DNA of 64,000 bases from Candidatus Latescibacterota bacterium. GTDB lineage: Bacteria; Latescibacterota; UBA2968; UBA8231. The position numbers and the translations under genes are program-made. The notes under the pieces are model-generated. The model saw only the letters and a program-made list of their open reading frames with translations. It made no database searches and was not told the DNA's origin. The DNA lies in NCBI GenBank assembly GCA_965200315.1, contig OZ241362.1, positions 1,792,001 through 1,856,000 on the forward strand, in the 5' to 3' direction. Numbering within the stretch: position 1 is the stretch's first letter; each line of letters opens with the position of its first letter. Positions 18,491 to 28,080 of the stretch are shown piece by piece.

Positions 18491-21400
18491 TCAATTAACC
18501 CTTCTTCCGCCGGCTGTGTAATCAGCGTCGGCTATGGCCGCTTCAGCCCGCTGCCGAAAAGTACTCCGCTCGGCTGTTTTGAGCGTATTCCATATCAGCA
18601 GCTCTTTGCGGATCGCCTGCAAGAAACTCCGGTTGGCCCGACGCCACGAATCGTTGTCGCCGCTGAGGCAGTGCAGATAGAACACTAGGCCGTAAATATC
18701 GGCTTGGTCTTCGGGGCGGATGCACAGCACTGCGTGCTGGCTCACGCCCAAATCCAGCGGTGCCAGCCACACCTTGGCTTCGATGGCATAAGCCGTGCCC
18801 TCGGGCGTGGCAAAGGACTGGAGCAAGGTGCCCTCGGTGTAAAACGAACCAATCGACGCCTCGCCGTACGACGCTAAGTAATCCAACAAAAAGCCGCACA
18901 GACCCTTGGCCTCGGCCGCCGACACTAAGAAGGGAAAGCGGAATTCCCACTCGGCCCCCACTGGCGGCTCGGGCTGCCAGCGCCTCACTAGGTCGGGAAC
19001 GGCAGTGCGGGCGGCCACCCGGGCTGGATACACTGTTGACAGCAAGACCACGCCCATGACGATGAGCGCCGAAAACACGGCCGCCAAAGACGAATAATTC
19101 AAATTGAGTCCGCCCAGCATGCCCCAGTGGTTTAGCACCAAACCCATCCCTTGCCCCCCCAAGTACCCCAGCGTAATGCCCAAGACCGCATAGGCGCAGG
19201 CTTCGGCGATAAACAGCAAGGCGATATGAGACGGGGCCAATCCTACGGCCGCGTAGATACCAATGTCCTTGAGGCGCTCGTACACCGTCCCCAGCATGGT
19301 ATTGAGGACGATGAAAGCCGCGATGAGCATGGGTACGATCAGCACCCCTAAGCCCTTTATCGCCGTCGCCCCAATCGACGAATAGGCCCAGACGCCGATG
19401 GTCGAGGCTTCGTCTTGTCGCAAGCCGACGAACAGGCTGACGGCCACCCGCAACAGAAAGTCTTCCAGCAACGCTTGGGCCGCCCCAAGGTCCTCCCGGT
19501 CAAAAGCGATGGCCACCGAGCGCAGCCGCCCCCCCATTTGGCGGACGATCTGATATGGCGCAATGAGCACGTTGTCCGGCAGTATGTGTACATAGGGGCG
19601 GTACTGAGCGGCGGTAGCTGTCGTGGCCGTGCTCTCGTTGAGCTGAAAGGTGCTGCCGGCAGTCCTAGACAGCTCAAAATCCACCGGCGTCAGCGGCCCG
19701 TCGTCTAGGTCGCGGATGTCGTTGAAAACCGCTGGGTCGAACAAGCCCACTACAGTCAGTTCTTTGCCCATTACCTGCACTTGCGCACGTCCCAAGTCGC
19801 CAGCATCCAAGCCTAGGGCCTCGGCCATCGGCAAGGGCAGCAGACAACTAGCCTCGGTCGCGGCGGTAAAAAAGCGCCCAGCCGTCAGGGCTTGGTCAAT
19901 GCCTGTGATGTCGGTTTCCGCGGGATTTAGGCCGAGCAAGCCATAGGTCCGCACCAATTGCCGCTCGGACGCGGCTTCGAGGTACGTCTTTTTGTCCTCC
20001 TGCAAAATGAACCAGTTGCGCGGACTGATCGGGCCGACTGCGGCAAAGTGGGATCGGATGTAATCCAACATGGGCTGGCCCAAGGGACTCCAAGCCCGAT
20101 TGCGGACCAAGAGGCCCTCGTACTCACCCTCGTGTTCGAGAGGCAACGAGATAAAGCGCGCTCGGCTCTCGTACGAGGCAAAGGAGAGCACCGTAAACGT
20201 CAGCAGCACTAGGGTCGTCAAGGTCAGGCCGGTGCGCAGTTTGCGCCGCCGCATGTTGGATATGCCCAGCATAAACGCGGCATGGGCGACGCTGAAACGC
20301 CGCATCTCAACGTGGTGGATCTGGTCGCCGCGCTCCTTCATAAAACTGTTGAAGCGGCTGCCAATGAGGACGAGGACGAGACCGGCCATGGCCATGATAG
20401 CAAAGGCCAGCAAAATGACCAGCGGATGGGCAATGGCAAAGGCGGGATGCACCTGAGAAACCGCGAGCCAGACTGCGGCCAATAACGCGCCAAAACCCGC
20501 TAATTGCCGCGTGATCTGCGCTGCTCCCAGCAGCAGGCGCTCGCCCAAAAAGGCCGCGGGAATGAGCAGCGCCAAGAAGAACACCATACCCTTTATGACG
20601 TCGTTTAAGGTCGCCATAGTCTGGGGATAGACTTGGTTTTCCAGCCCCAACGCCGCCCGCAGATGGGCCACGTAGCGGCTCCATTCTTTTTGCTGGGCGG
20701 CCTCTTCGGCGGCTGCGAGCACTTGGGCGGTGCGCTGGTGCAGGTGCTGCAAGTGCTGGTTTTCAATGGCGTGGTCGCGCATGGTCTGCAACCGATCCTC
20801 GTCGAGACGCCACATATCCCAAGCGGCCTGCAACAGCGTCGGCATCAGTCGCTCTTCGGCTAGGTCAAAGCCCTCGCCGTTGGGTCGGCTGTCGGGGATG
20901 CCGTTGTTGAGCAGCAGCAGTTGGCGGCCCGCCAGTATCTTGATGCGGTTTTGCGGGCCGGCGTCCTGCGGCCCGAATACCACCCCGGCCGCTTCGTCGA
21001 GGCCGTTGCCCAGCGCATAGCCGTATTGGCGCGGGGCGGTGTCGTAGCGGTTGAGCACAGTGATGCCGCTCAAGAAATTGAGCGAACGCGGATTAATGAG
21101 GCCGTAAAAAGGACGGCTCAGGCAGGGAAACACCACCACCGGCTGCTCGGTGAGCGCCCACTGGACGGTGCTGGGAATGGAACCGTCGGGCAGCGATGCC
21201 CCGTGGAATCCTTCCGCCCTTTTGCTCAGATCGGCGGCATAGGTAATGGCCCCGTCTTCTGGGTCCAAGACGTACACGTTGGTGCGATATTGGGCTTGCG
21301 GCAGCCCCGTTATGAGCAGCTCGCCCTCGGCGTCGCTCAGATAAACTTGGGCCGTGCGCACCCCTTTGACGGCTTTGCCGGCGGCGGTCGCCCGTTGCGG

Positions 21401-22885
21401 TCGCACCACGGCTACCGCGTCGGCTACCGGCCGGTCCGGCGTTTGCGAGCGGCGCGGAAAGGTCCGCACCTTGAGGCGCAAGTCGCGCAAGCGATCCTGC
21501 AGCACCGGCCCAAAGGCCGCTTTCTCCTCCAACAACTGCGGATCGTTTAGGGCCTGTTGCAGCACGCCGTTTATCAAGGCGACTTGGCGCGCCAGATTGT
21601 CGTAGTTGACCGCGGCGGGCTGGTCCAACGGCGAATCGATCTGCAAGCGGGCGTCGTTGACGGTAATCAAGCCCAAGGAGATCAAGCCTCCTTCGAGGGC
21701 GAGCTGACTATTGGCGGCGATGCCACCGGGCATGTACGCCGACCAGTCCAAGCCCTTGATGGGGGTGATGCCGTTGACCAAACGGCCGACTGCGGCCGAG
21801 TCTAGGGTGCTGGCGTAGTTGCTGAAGCGGCGACCGAATGGGGCGAAAAAGCGCCGCAATTCGGGCCTAGCGGTATTGTTCCAGAGGCCGACTTGATCGG
21901 TGCGGCTCGACAGATCGAGGCCGATGAACAGGTCTATGTGGAGCGGCTCCTCCAAGCGGCGGTCGTGGCGAGCGAGAAAGTCGGCCATGCCTTGGCGGCC
22001 CTGAAAGTGAGCCGACGTTGCCACCAAAATGGTGGTGCGCGCCGGCGGATGGGCCGCGAGCTGGCGGGCTAGCTCCAATAAAGCGGCCACGCCACAGGCG
22101 GCCTCGGCGCTGGGCGCCCGGCCCGGCACCACGGAAATGCCGTCGTAGTACGCCTCGATAGCAACGCGCTCGGCGGCCAGCTCGGGATCGGTGCCGGGGA
22201 TTGTGCCCCAGATATTCCACGCCGGCCGCCGTTGCCAGTCCATGCGGCCCTCTAAATGCACCAATAGCTCGCCGGCCCGCAGGCGCTGGCGCAGGTCTAG
22301 GCCCGCTTCGCGCTCGATCCAGAAGCGGGGGATGTCGAGCGGCACGTGGGCGTACTTGGCGGCGGCTTGGTGGCGGTTGGCCTGCTCGGGCGCGATGAAT
22401 ACCACGGCCCGGGCACCCAGCGACGCGGCCCGCAGCCAGTGGTTCCAACTGTCGAATTCCAGCAGGACAATGCGCCCGTCAATAGCTTGGCCGTCGAAGT
22501 CGCGCCACGCACCACGCCCTCCGTAGATCATCGGTGCTCGCAGGCCCTGCGGTAGCGTTATTGTCCGCGCCAGATTGGGCCACAGGCCCCACAGCGGCAC
22601 CTGCTCCCCGCTGGGCTCCAAGCGCAGGCGACTGCCGAGCTCTATGGGCACCACCACGGCAAATGAGTCGCGCTGCACCCCTGAGACGCCAGCCGCGACC
22701 AGTTCGCGCTCCACCAATGCAGCACCCGCTTCGGCACCGGGATAGCCAGCCAAGCGCGATTCGACCGCGCTTAGGGCTTCGATCGCGGCCCGCAAGAAAG
22801 CCACCTCTCCGTAGCAGGGCATTGGCAGCAGCAGCCCGACGAGACATAGGCTGTCCAGCCACCGATAAGTCGCTTTGCCAGCCAT
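18491..22885 (-). CDS. Giant FtsX/MacB-like permease with N-terminal degenerate M28 peptidase and PA domains (1464 aa)
   Basis: Signal peptide, SRLAGYPGA, PA domain (IYGGRG…DGRIVLLEF), NIWGTIPGTD…AYYD…GVAALLELAR, TM block, NMRRRKLRTGLTLTTLVLL (MacB TM1), VYERLKDIGIYAAVGL…FIAEA…YPARVAAR (FtsX). Confidence 0.85.
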   Translation of the reverse strand: MAGKATYRWLDSLCLVGLLLPMPCYGEVAFLRAAIEALSAVESRLAGYPGAEAGAALVERELVAAGVSGVQRDSFAVVVPIELGSRLRLEPSGEQVPLWGLWPNLARTITLPQGLRAPMIYGGRGAWRDFDGQAIDGRIVLLEFDSWNHWLRAASLGARAVVFIAPEQANRHQAAAKYAHVPLDIPRFWIEREAGLDLRQRLRAGELLVHLEGRMDWQRRPAWNIWGTIPGTDPELAAERVAIEAYYDGISVVPGRAPSAEAACGVAALLELARQLAAHPPARTTILVATSAHFQGRQGMADFLARHDRRLEEPLHIDLFIGLDLSSRTDQVGLWNNTARPELRRFFAPFGRRFSNYASTLDSAAVGRLVNGITPIKGLDWSAYMPGGIAANSQLALEGGLISLGLITVNDARLQIDSPLDQPAAVNYDNLARQVALINGVLQQALNDPQLLEEKAAFGPVLQDRLRDLRLKVRTFPRRSQTPDRPVADAVAVVRPQRATAAGKAVKGVRTAQVYLSDAEGELLITGLPQAQYRTNVYVLDPEDGAITYAADLSKRAEGFHGASLPDGSIPSTVQWALTEQPVVVFPCLSRPFYGLINPRSLNFLSGITVLNRYDTAPRQYGYALGNGLDEAAGVVFGPQDAGPQNRIKILAGRQLLLLNNGIPDSRPNGEGFDLAEERLMPTLLQAAWDMWRLDEDRLQTMRDHAIENQHLQHLHQRTAQVLAAAEEAAQQKEWSRYVAHLRAALGLENQVYPQTMATLNDVIKGMVFFLALLIPAAFLGERLLLGAAQITRQLAGFGALLAAVWLAVSQVHPAFAIAHPLVILLAFAIMAMAGLVLVLIGSRFNSFMKERGDQIHHVEMRRFSVAHAAFMLGISNMRRRKLRTGLTLTTLVLLTFTVLSFASYESRARFISLPLEHEGEYEGLLVRNRAWSPLGQPMLDYIRSHFAAVGPISPRNWFILQEDKKTYLEAASERQLVRTYGLLGLNPAETDITGIDQALTAGRFFTAATEASCLLPLPMAEALGLDAGDLGRAQVQVMGKELTVVGLFDPAVFNDIRDLDDGPLTPVDFELSRTAGSTFQLNESTATTATAAQYRPYVHILPDNVLIAPYQIVRQMGGRLRSVAIAFDREDLGAAQALLEDFLLRVAVSLFVGLRQDEASTIGVWAYSSIGATAIKGLGVLIVPMLIAAFIVLNTMLGTVYERLKDIGIYAAVGLAPSHIALLFIAEACAYAVLGITLGYLGGQGMGLVLNHWGMLGGLNLNYSSLAAVFSALIVMGVVLLSTVYPARVAARTAVPDLVRRWQPEPPVGAEWEFRFPFLVSAAEAKGLCGFLLDYLASYGEASIGSFYTEGTLLQSFATPEGTAYAIEAKVWLAPLDLGVSQHAVLCIRPEDQADIYGLVFYLHCLSGDNDSWRRANRSFLQAIRKELLIWNTLKTAERSTFRQRAEAAIADADYTAGGRRVN

Positions 22886-22890
22886 GCTGT

Positions 22891-24960
22891 TCAACCCCAA
22901 AAAATCACATTGCCGACCGTGCCGGTAAAATGGTCGATGACTAAGAAGATGCCGCCCGGCAGCAGTTGCCCCAAGATCAGGCCCATAAAAAACGGCCTAG
23001 TCCGATGATAGCGGTCGGCACCTCCATACTTGAGCACGAGGACTTTGATAAACCAAGCCAAAAACATATTGAACCACAGGTGATCCATAATCCAAGTCGG
23101 CCCAATGGGATAGCCCAAAGGGTGCAGGGGCCACCAAGCGTAGTGCCACCGGGCCACGGTCAAGCCCAGCATGATAGCCGCGCCCAAGCCCATATTGATC
23201 CAGCCCCACAGGTGCAGCTCGCTCGGATAGCGCAGGAGGCTCTCGACATAGCGGTAGGGGGCTTCGCGACTGACCATGGCCCGCAGATTGAGGTTGCCGT
23301 GCTCGTAGCTCAGCGCCAAGATCATCCAAGTCGAAGCCGCTAGCGCCACGGCTATGGCCGCGACCATGGCCCAGAACAAAGGCCGACGACTCGGCTGAGC
23401 TCGCCGAAGTCGCCCCCGGCCCAATTCCTGACTCAGCTTCAGGCTGTTGGCGCAGGAGGCCATGACAAAGCTGCGGACATTGGCCGTCCAGATATAGGTG
23501 CTGGCCAGCAAGACCAAGCCCGGTGCCCCCAGCGCCGACGAGCCTACCGCGGAAATGAGGATGCCAGCCGGCACCACGGGCGGAGCGCCGTCGGACAGAC
23601 CGCCCTCGGCGACCACCCGGGTGAAGGCGACAAAAAGGGCCCCGGCCAAAAAGAGCAACGCCGCACCGGCCCACAGCGGCAATCCAGCCAGCCACAGCCA
23701 GCCGATCATGATCGCCGTGCCGACGGCGAGAATGATCACGGCCGCCCGGTACGACAGGATTTCGTCGGCGTCGTCAATGGCCGGATCGCCGGACCAAGCC
23801 TTGCGCCACACCGCGGCCAGATGGCGGCGGGCGGCCCACAAGCCGCCGAGAAAGAGGACCAACATGGCACCCATGGCGTGATAGACCTGCAAAGTGTGCC
23901 GGATACCATGGCCACTACCCAAGCTGGGCGTATTGCCTATGCCGAGGATGGCCAAAGTGCCGCGCAAGACATTGGCCAACAAATTGAAAACCCACAGACT
24001 GAGCGCGACTTCGGTCTTGAGGAAATAGAAAAACCCGAAGATGTGGAAGCGGAAGATGACATGCAGCGTAGAGGTCCCGCGCATGATCGGCAGTTCTTGG
24101 TGGAACAGATCGACGCCGCGAGCAAAATGTACGCCTTCCGGGAAATAGGCGTACAGGCCGTGCAGCGTGCTCCAAGTGGCGGCAAGGGCAAAGCCGATCC
24201 ACATCCCCCGATTTTTGAAAAAGGGCGGCCAGCGCTCCGTTCCCTCTCCCATCGCGGTCATAGCTAGCGGCACTTGCACCAGCGGATAGACGAGGCGCTC
24301 GTTGTCGATCCACTGCCGCCGCAGAACGACCATGATGGCAATCATCACCAAGAAGAGGGACCAGATAAAGGGCTGCCAAGCCGCCAGCGCCAGTAGCCAA
24401 GCCTTCCACGGCACCGCGTAGGAGGCACCCATCCCCTCAAAGAAAAACTGAGCGTCGCCGAGCTGGCGCGGCATCATCCAGTGGGGGATGTGGGGGTGGA
24501 TGAGGCTTTGCCAATCGTTTTCGGGCGTGGCAAAGTAAAAGGGAGCGACGAGCTGGCTGATGATCTTTGAGGTAAAAACGACGGGGATAGGCGAGGCCAT
24601 CACCATCATGACATAGACCAGTAGCAATTCGCCTCGGCGCAAACCCGGCCTCCCACACAGTTTGAGCAGGGGATTGACCAAGCCCGTCAGCAGGGCCAGC
24701 AGGCAAACCGCCCCGACTGTGCTAAAGCCCAAGGCCATGAAGGAGCCTTGCAAATACAGGGTACTATAGGCCACGCCGCCGCCGATGAACGCGGCCAAAA
24801 AGGTGCCCAAGGCAAAGGCCCGGAGCGTAAAGGCTGAGCCAGCTTCTTCTACGGCCGGCTCCGGGTCGGGCGGCTCTAGGTCCAGCCGCGAGCGAAAGGC
24901 CGCTGGCAGCAGCCAGCCGACCCTTCCCGGCTCAGGTGCAGTAGATCCAGTCTCCGGCAT
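22891..24960 (-). CDS. DUF6785/DUF6784-like polytopic membrane protein (putative peptide transporter)
   Basis: 689 aa with many TM segments. Motifs ELLLVYVMM, LRRQWIDNERLVYPLVQVP, RVVAEGG, WWPLHPLGY, WFIKVLVLKYGG…PFFMGLILG. Confidence 0.75.
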   Translation of the reverse strand: MPETGSTAPEPGRVGWLLPAAFRSRLDLEPPDPEPAVEEAGSAFTLRAFALGTFLAAFIGGGVAYSTLYLQGSFMALGFSTVGAVCLLALLTGLVNPLLKLCGRPGLRRGELLLVYVMMVMASPIPVVFTSKIISQLVAPFYFATPENDWQSLIHPHIPHWMMPRQLGDAQFFFEGMGASYAVPWKAWLLALAAWQPFIWSLFLVMIAIMVVLRRQWIDNERLVYPLVQVPLAMTAMGEGTERWPPFFKNRGMWIGFALAATWSTLHGLYAYFPEGVHFARGVDLFHQELPIMRGTSTLHVIFRFHIFGFFYFLKTEVALSLWVFNLLANVLRGTLAILGIGNTPSLGSGHGIRHTLQVYHAMGAMLVLFLGGLWAARRHLAAVWRKAWSGDPAIDDADEILSYRAAVIILAVGTAIMIGWLWLAGLPLWAGAALLFLAGALFVAFTRVVAEGGLSDGAPPVVPAGILISAVGSSALGAPGLVLLASTYIWTANVRSFVMASCANSLKLSQELGRGRLRRAQPSRRPLFWAMVAAIAVALAASTWMILALSYEHGNLNLRAMVSREAPYRYVESLLRYPSELHLWGWINMGLGAAIMLGLTVARWHYAWWPLHPLGYPIGPTWIMDHLWFNMFLAWFIKVLVLKYGGADRYHRTRPFFMGLILGQLLPGGIFLVIDHFTGTVGNVIFWG

Positions 24961-25001
24961 TGCAGATCCGCCGCACGGGAAAACCGGACGAAGTCACGGT
25001 T

Positions 25002-25727
25002 TTAGTTTGGGACTGTGGAAGTGAACTGCTCGGCGAGCAGGCGGGGAAGTTCGCCCAAGTGGGCTATTTGGTGGTATCGCCGGTGCTCGGCCTCCGAAGG
25101 TTCGGCGCGTTCGTGGATCCAAGTGGTGTGATAAGGCACATAGACAGCGCGTCCGCCCAAGGCGACGACGGGCAGGATATCCGATTTGAGCGAATTGCCC
25201 ACCATGCAAAAGTCAGCCGGTTGGACGCCGTGGCGCTGCAACAGGGCCGCGTAGGTTCCCTCGTTTTTTTCGCTGACAATTTCGATGTGGGTGAAGTGAT
25301 CGGCCAAACCGGAGCGGGCTATTTTGGCCTCTTGGTCGAACAAGTCGCCCTTGGTCAGCAGCATCAGGGGACGGGTTCGGGACAGGTCGGTAAGCACTTC
25401 CTCGACGTGGGGCAGCGGTTCAATGGGCATTTGCAGCAACTCTTTGCCATAGTCCAAAATCTGGCGGATTTGCGGCCCGGTTACCGCGCCCTTGGTCAGA
25501 TCGAGAGCCGTCTCTATCATGGACAAGGTGAAGCCTTTGCTGCCGTAGCCAAAGTGGGACAAGTTGCGCATTTCGGTCTCGTACAGCTCCCGCTCGGTCC
25601 ACGCCGGATCGCAATCGGGAGCCAACAGATGCTTAAAGCGGTCTTTGGCCGTTTCAAAGTAAATCTCGTTTTCCCACAGTGTATCGTCGGCGTCAAAGGC
25701 GATCAGGGCGGGCTGTGTTTTTTGCAT
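25002..25727 (-). CDS. HAD family hydrolase
   Basis: FDADDTLWENE, GYGSKGFTLSMIETA, LLTKGDLFDQEAK, MVGNSLKSDILP. Start at ATG 25727. Confidence 0.9.
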   Translation of the reverse strand: MQKTQPALIAFDADDTLWENEIYFETAKDRFKHLLAPDCDPAWTERELYETEMRNLSHFGYGSKGFTLSMIETALDLTKGAVTGPQIRQILDYGKELLQMPIEPLPHVEEVLTDLSRTRPLMLLTKGDLFDQEAKIARSGLADHFTHIEIVSEKNEGTYAALLQRHGVQPADFCMVGNSLKSDILPVVALGGRAVYVPYHTTWIHERAEPSEAEHRRYHQIAHLGELPRLLAEQFTSTVPN

Positions 25728-26124
25728 TTGTCGAATGGCAAGAGGTCGCCGAGTGGATAGTTGACCGAGCTTGAATTTTGGCTGATAAAAATAGCCCATC
25801 CACAATCCGGGCAAAAGTGGCCCAAAGCGAGGCCTCATAGATCAAAGGCGGAGGAACACCAGGTGGAAATCCGTGGGGAGATGTCTCCAGACCTTACTGC
25901 TATTCCTTATGGGTTGCTCCACCCTGTCGGTACAGGTCGAGACAGGGACGATTTTGAACCGGCTCCCGTCTCTCCGCCCCCACCCTCTTCATAACGAGCT
26001 AGCTTATGCCGACAGCTCGTCTTCGGCGGGCAGAACAGTCGCCCATCGTAGGTACAACATGTGGTTAGTCGGCTTGCGCTGCATCTATTGAGCGGTGCTG
26101 CGGTACTTTGTCTTTCGTTCTATC

Positions 26125-26143
26125 GTGCATTAATTTAATACAC
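26125..26143. promoter_or_regulatory. Palindromic operator of a former dinJ/relB-type TA operon
   Basis: gtgcattaa-t-ttaatacac (one mismatch) just upstream of AAGGAG and ATG 26165. Confidence 0.5.
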
Positions 26144-26164
26144 GCCAACGAAGGAGAACCGACT

Positions 26165-26992
26165 ATGGCTGCCGATCAGCTTGTACAAGCCCGCATTGAC
26201 GGAGCCGTGAAGGAAGAAGCGGCCGCGGTATTACATGCGTCGGGTTGGGTCGGCTCCTTTGGGTACACGTATGCCCGCACGGATAATCTGACGCGCTTCG
26301 TCAACCGCAATGACGCCATCTTCGGCGCTCCGTGGGCGACGGGGCTAGGGGCCGATGGCAGCAACGGCATCGGCGATTTGACCGCGGTCGCGAGTACGGC
26401 CAAGTCGCGCTACCACGGCCTCAGCTTCAGCTTGCGCCAGATGGTGCAAGACGCCTTGCAATTCCAGCTCAACTATACCTTGTCGTGAGACCAATCCGAC
26501 GACGACAACGAGCGCGATCCCTTCACCTTCCGCTACGTCGATGCGACCCAACTGGAGCGCGAGTGGGGTTATTCGGACCGCGACCAGCGCCACCGCTTCA
26601 ATGCGTGGGCCTTGGCCGCATTGCCCGGCGGAGTTTTGCTCAACCAGTGCCTGAGCTACTATTCGGCGCAGCCGGGCTCGGCATCCTGCGCCGGCGGCTC
26701 GCTCAACCCGTGGGGCGCGGCCTCCGACCGGATCTGCAGCGACGGCCGCATCACAACGCGCAACACGCTGCGCAAGGACAACGAGTTTTTCTCTTATGAC
26801 GTGCGCCTGTCGCGGCCTATCTTGGTGGGCAGCGGCCAGCTAGAGGCCATGGTCGAGGTCTTCAACCTGCTCAACACGGATAACTTCCGCGACCCATCCA
26901 GCACCGGCCTCCTGTTCAATTGCGACGGCACCGTGCAGTCGGGCTTGGGCGATCCGCGCCAAGTGCAAATCGGCCTGCGCTATGTCTATTAA
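26165..26992 (+). pseudogene. Chimera: RelB/DinJ antitoxin N-terminus fused in frame to C-terminal barrel of an Oar-like TonB-dependent receptor, with internal TGA
   Basis: MAADQLVQARIDGAVKEEAAAVLHASG, then …KSRYHG…NYTLS*DQSDDDNERDPF…SDRDQRHRF…EVFNLLN…PRQVQIGLRYVY. Confidence 0.8.
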
Positions 26993-27134
26993 GCGACCCG
27001 GCGTTCACGTCTCTACCGAGCGCGGACCAACGGCCGGAAGGCCCCGCTCAACGCCAAACAAAAGTCAAGAAAGATGAGCCAACTCAAAACTATCGCTAGG
27101 TATTTGCGTGAATAGCTATGCCGAGTCAAAGAAT

Positions 27135-27842
27135 ATGACATCCCATTCTGAGAAGGTGGAGTGGGGCTACGGGGCAGAGAACGGACCGGACGTTTGGGAC
27201 CAGCTAAGCCCAGAATACATCCTTTGTGCCGCGGGGACGCGCCAATCTCCGATCGACCTTGTAAACCCCACGCCAGCACAACTTCCCGCTATCGTCTTCA
27301 ACTACCGGCCAACAGCTCTGAACATCCGCCATAATGGCCATGCGATTGAAGTAGCGTCCACCGCAGAAAATTGGATTGCGGTTGACGACACGCGGTATGA
27401 GCTTCTGCAATTCCATTTCCACGCGCCAAGCGAACATACGCTAGCCGGCAAACCGTTTGCTATGGAGATGCACCTCGTTCACAAAAGTACGGATGGCACG
27501 TTGGCTGTCCTTGGGGTGCTAATTGAGCGCGGTAGCGATCATGCCGCATTTAATGCTCTCTGGGCACATCTGCCAAGCACTCCGGGCGAGGTGCGACGCA
27601 TTGAACATGTCGCCATCAATCCTTGCGATTTATTGCCGAGCGCGAGGCGCACCTATCGCTACGATGGTTCATTGACTACGCCGCCTTGTGAGGAGGGAGT
27701 CAAGTGGTTTGTGCTGACAACGCCCATAGAGCTGTCTGAAGCGCAAATCGCCGCGTTTACAGCCATTGTCCATGGCAACAATCGGCCGCTACAGCCGCTG
27801 AATGGGCGCAAACTTCTCGTGGATGCTGTAGAAAACCATTGA
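27135..27842 (+). CDS. Alpha-class carbonic anhydrase
   Basis: WGYGAENGP, QSPIDL, QFHFHAPSEH, EMHLVH, YDGSLTTPPC, NNRPLQPLNGR. Confidence 0.95.
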   Translation: MTSHSEKVEWGYGAENGPDVWDQLSPEYILCAAGTRQSPIDLVNPTPAQLPAIVFNYRPTALNIRHNGHAIEVASTAENWIAVDDTRYELLQFHFHAPSEHTLAGKPFAMEMHLVHKSTDGTLAVLGVLIERGSDHAAFNALWAHLPSTPGEVRRIEHVAINPCDLLPSARRTYRYDGSLTTPPCEEGVKWFVLTTPIELSEAQIAAFTAIVHGNNRPLQPLNGRKLLVDAVENH

Positions 27843-28080
27843 GGTACTCGTCGTCAATGTCCCGCAGGGGCCGAGCAGAGCGGTGCGAAAGTCCGGTCTA
27901 ACAACCGCACAGTGCCGTCGGCCTTGGCGATCCGCGCCAAGTGTAGGTCGGCTTGCGCGCTGTCTATTGAACGGTGCTGCCTGTGCGTGGTCGGTACATC
28001 ATCGACAGAATAGTCAGAGAACAGGTTTACAGTTTCCCCTTCTTGGACCGCTCAACTCCAACACGTTCCGCGAGATTTTT

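Noticed and set aside
25873-26091. 72-aa ORF with lipobox-like LLLFLMGC
   Set aside because: No recognisable domain after the signal; could be a remnant or chance.
26486-26488. In-frame TGA as selenocysteine or alternative genetic code
   Set aside because: TGA is a normal stop in many genes here (ATGA/GTGA overlaps), and the gene is already a truncated chimera; a TGG-to-TGA nonsense change is simpler.
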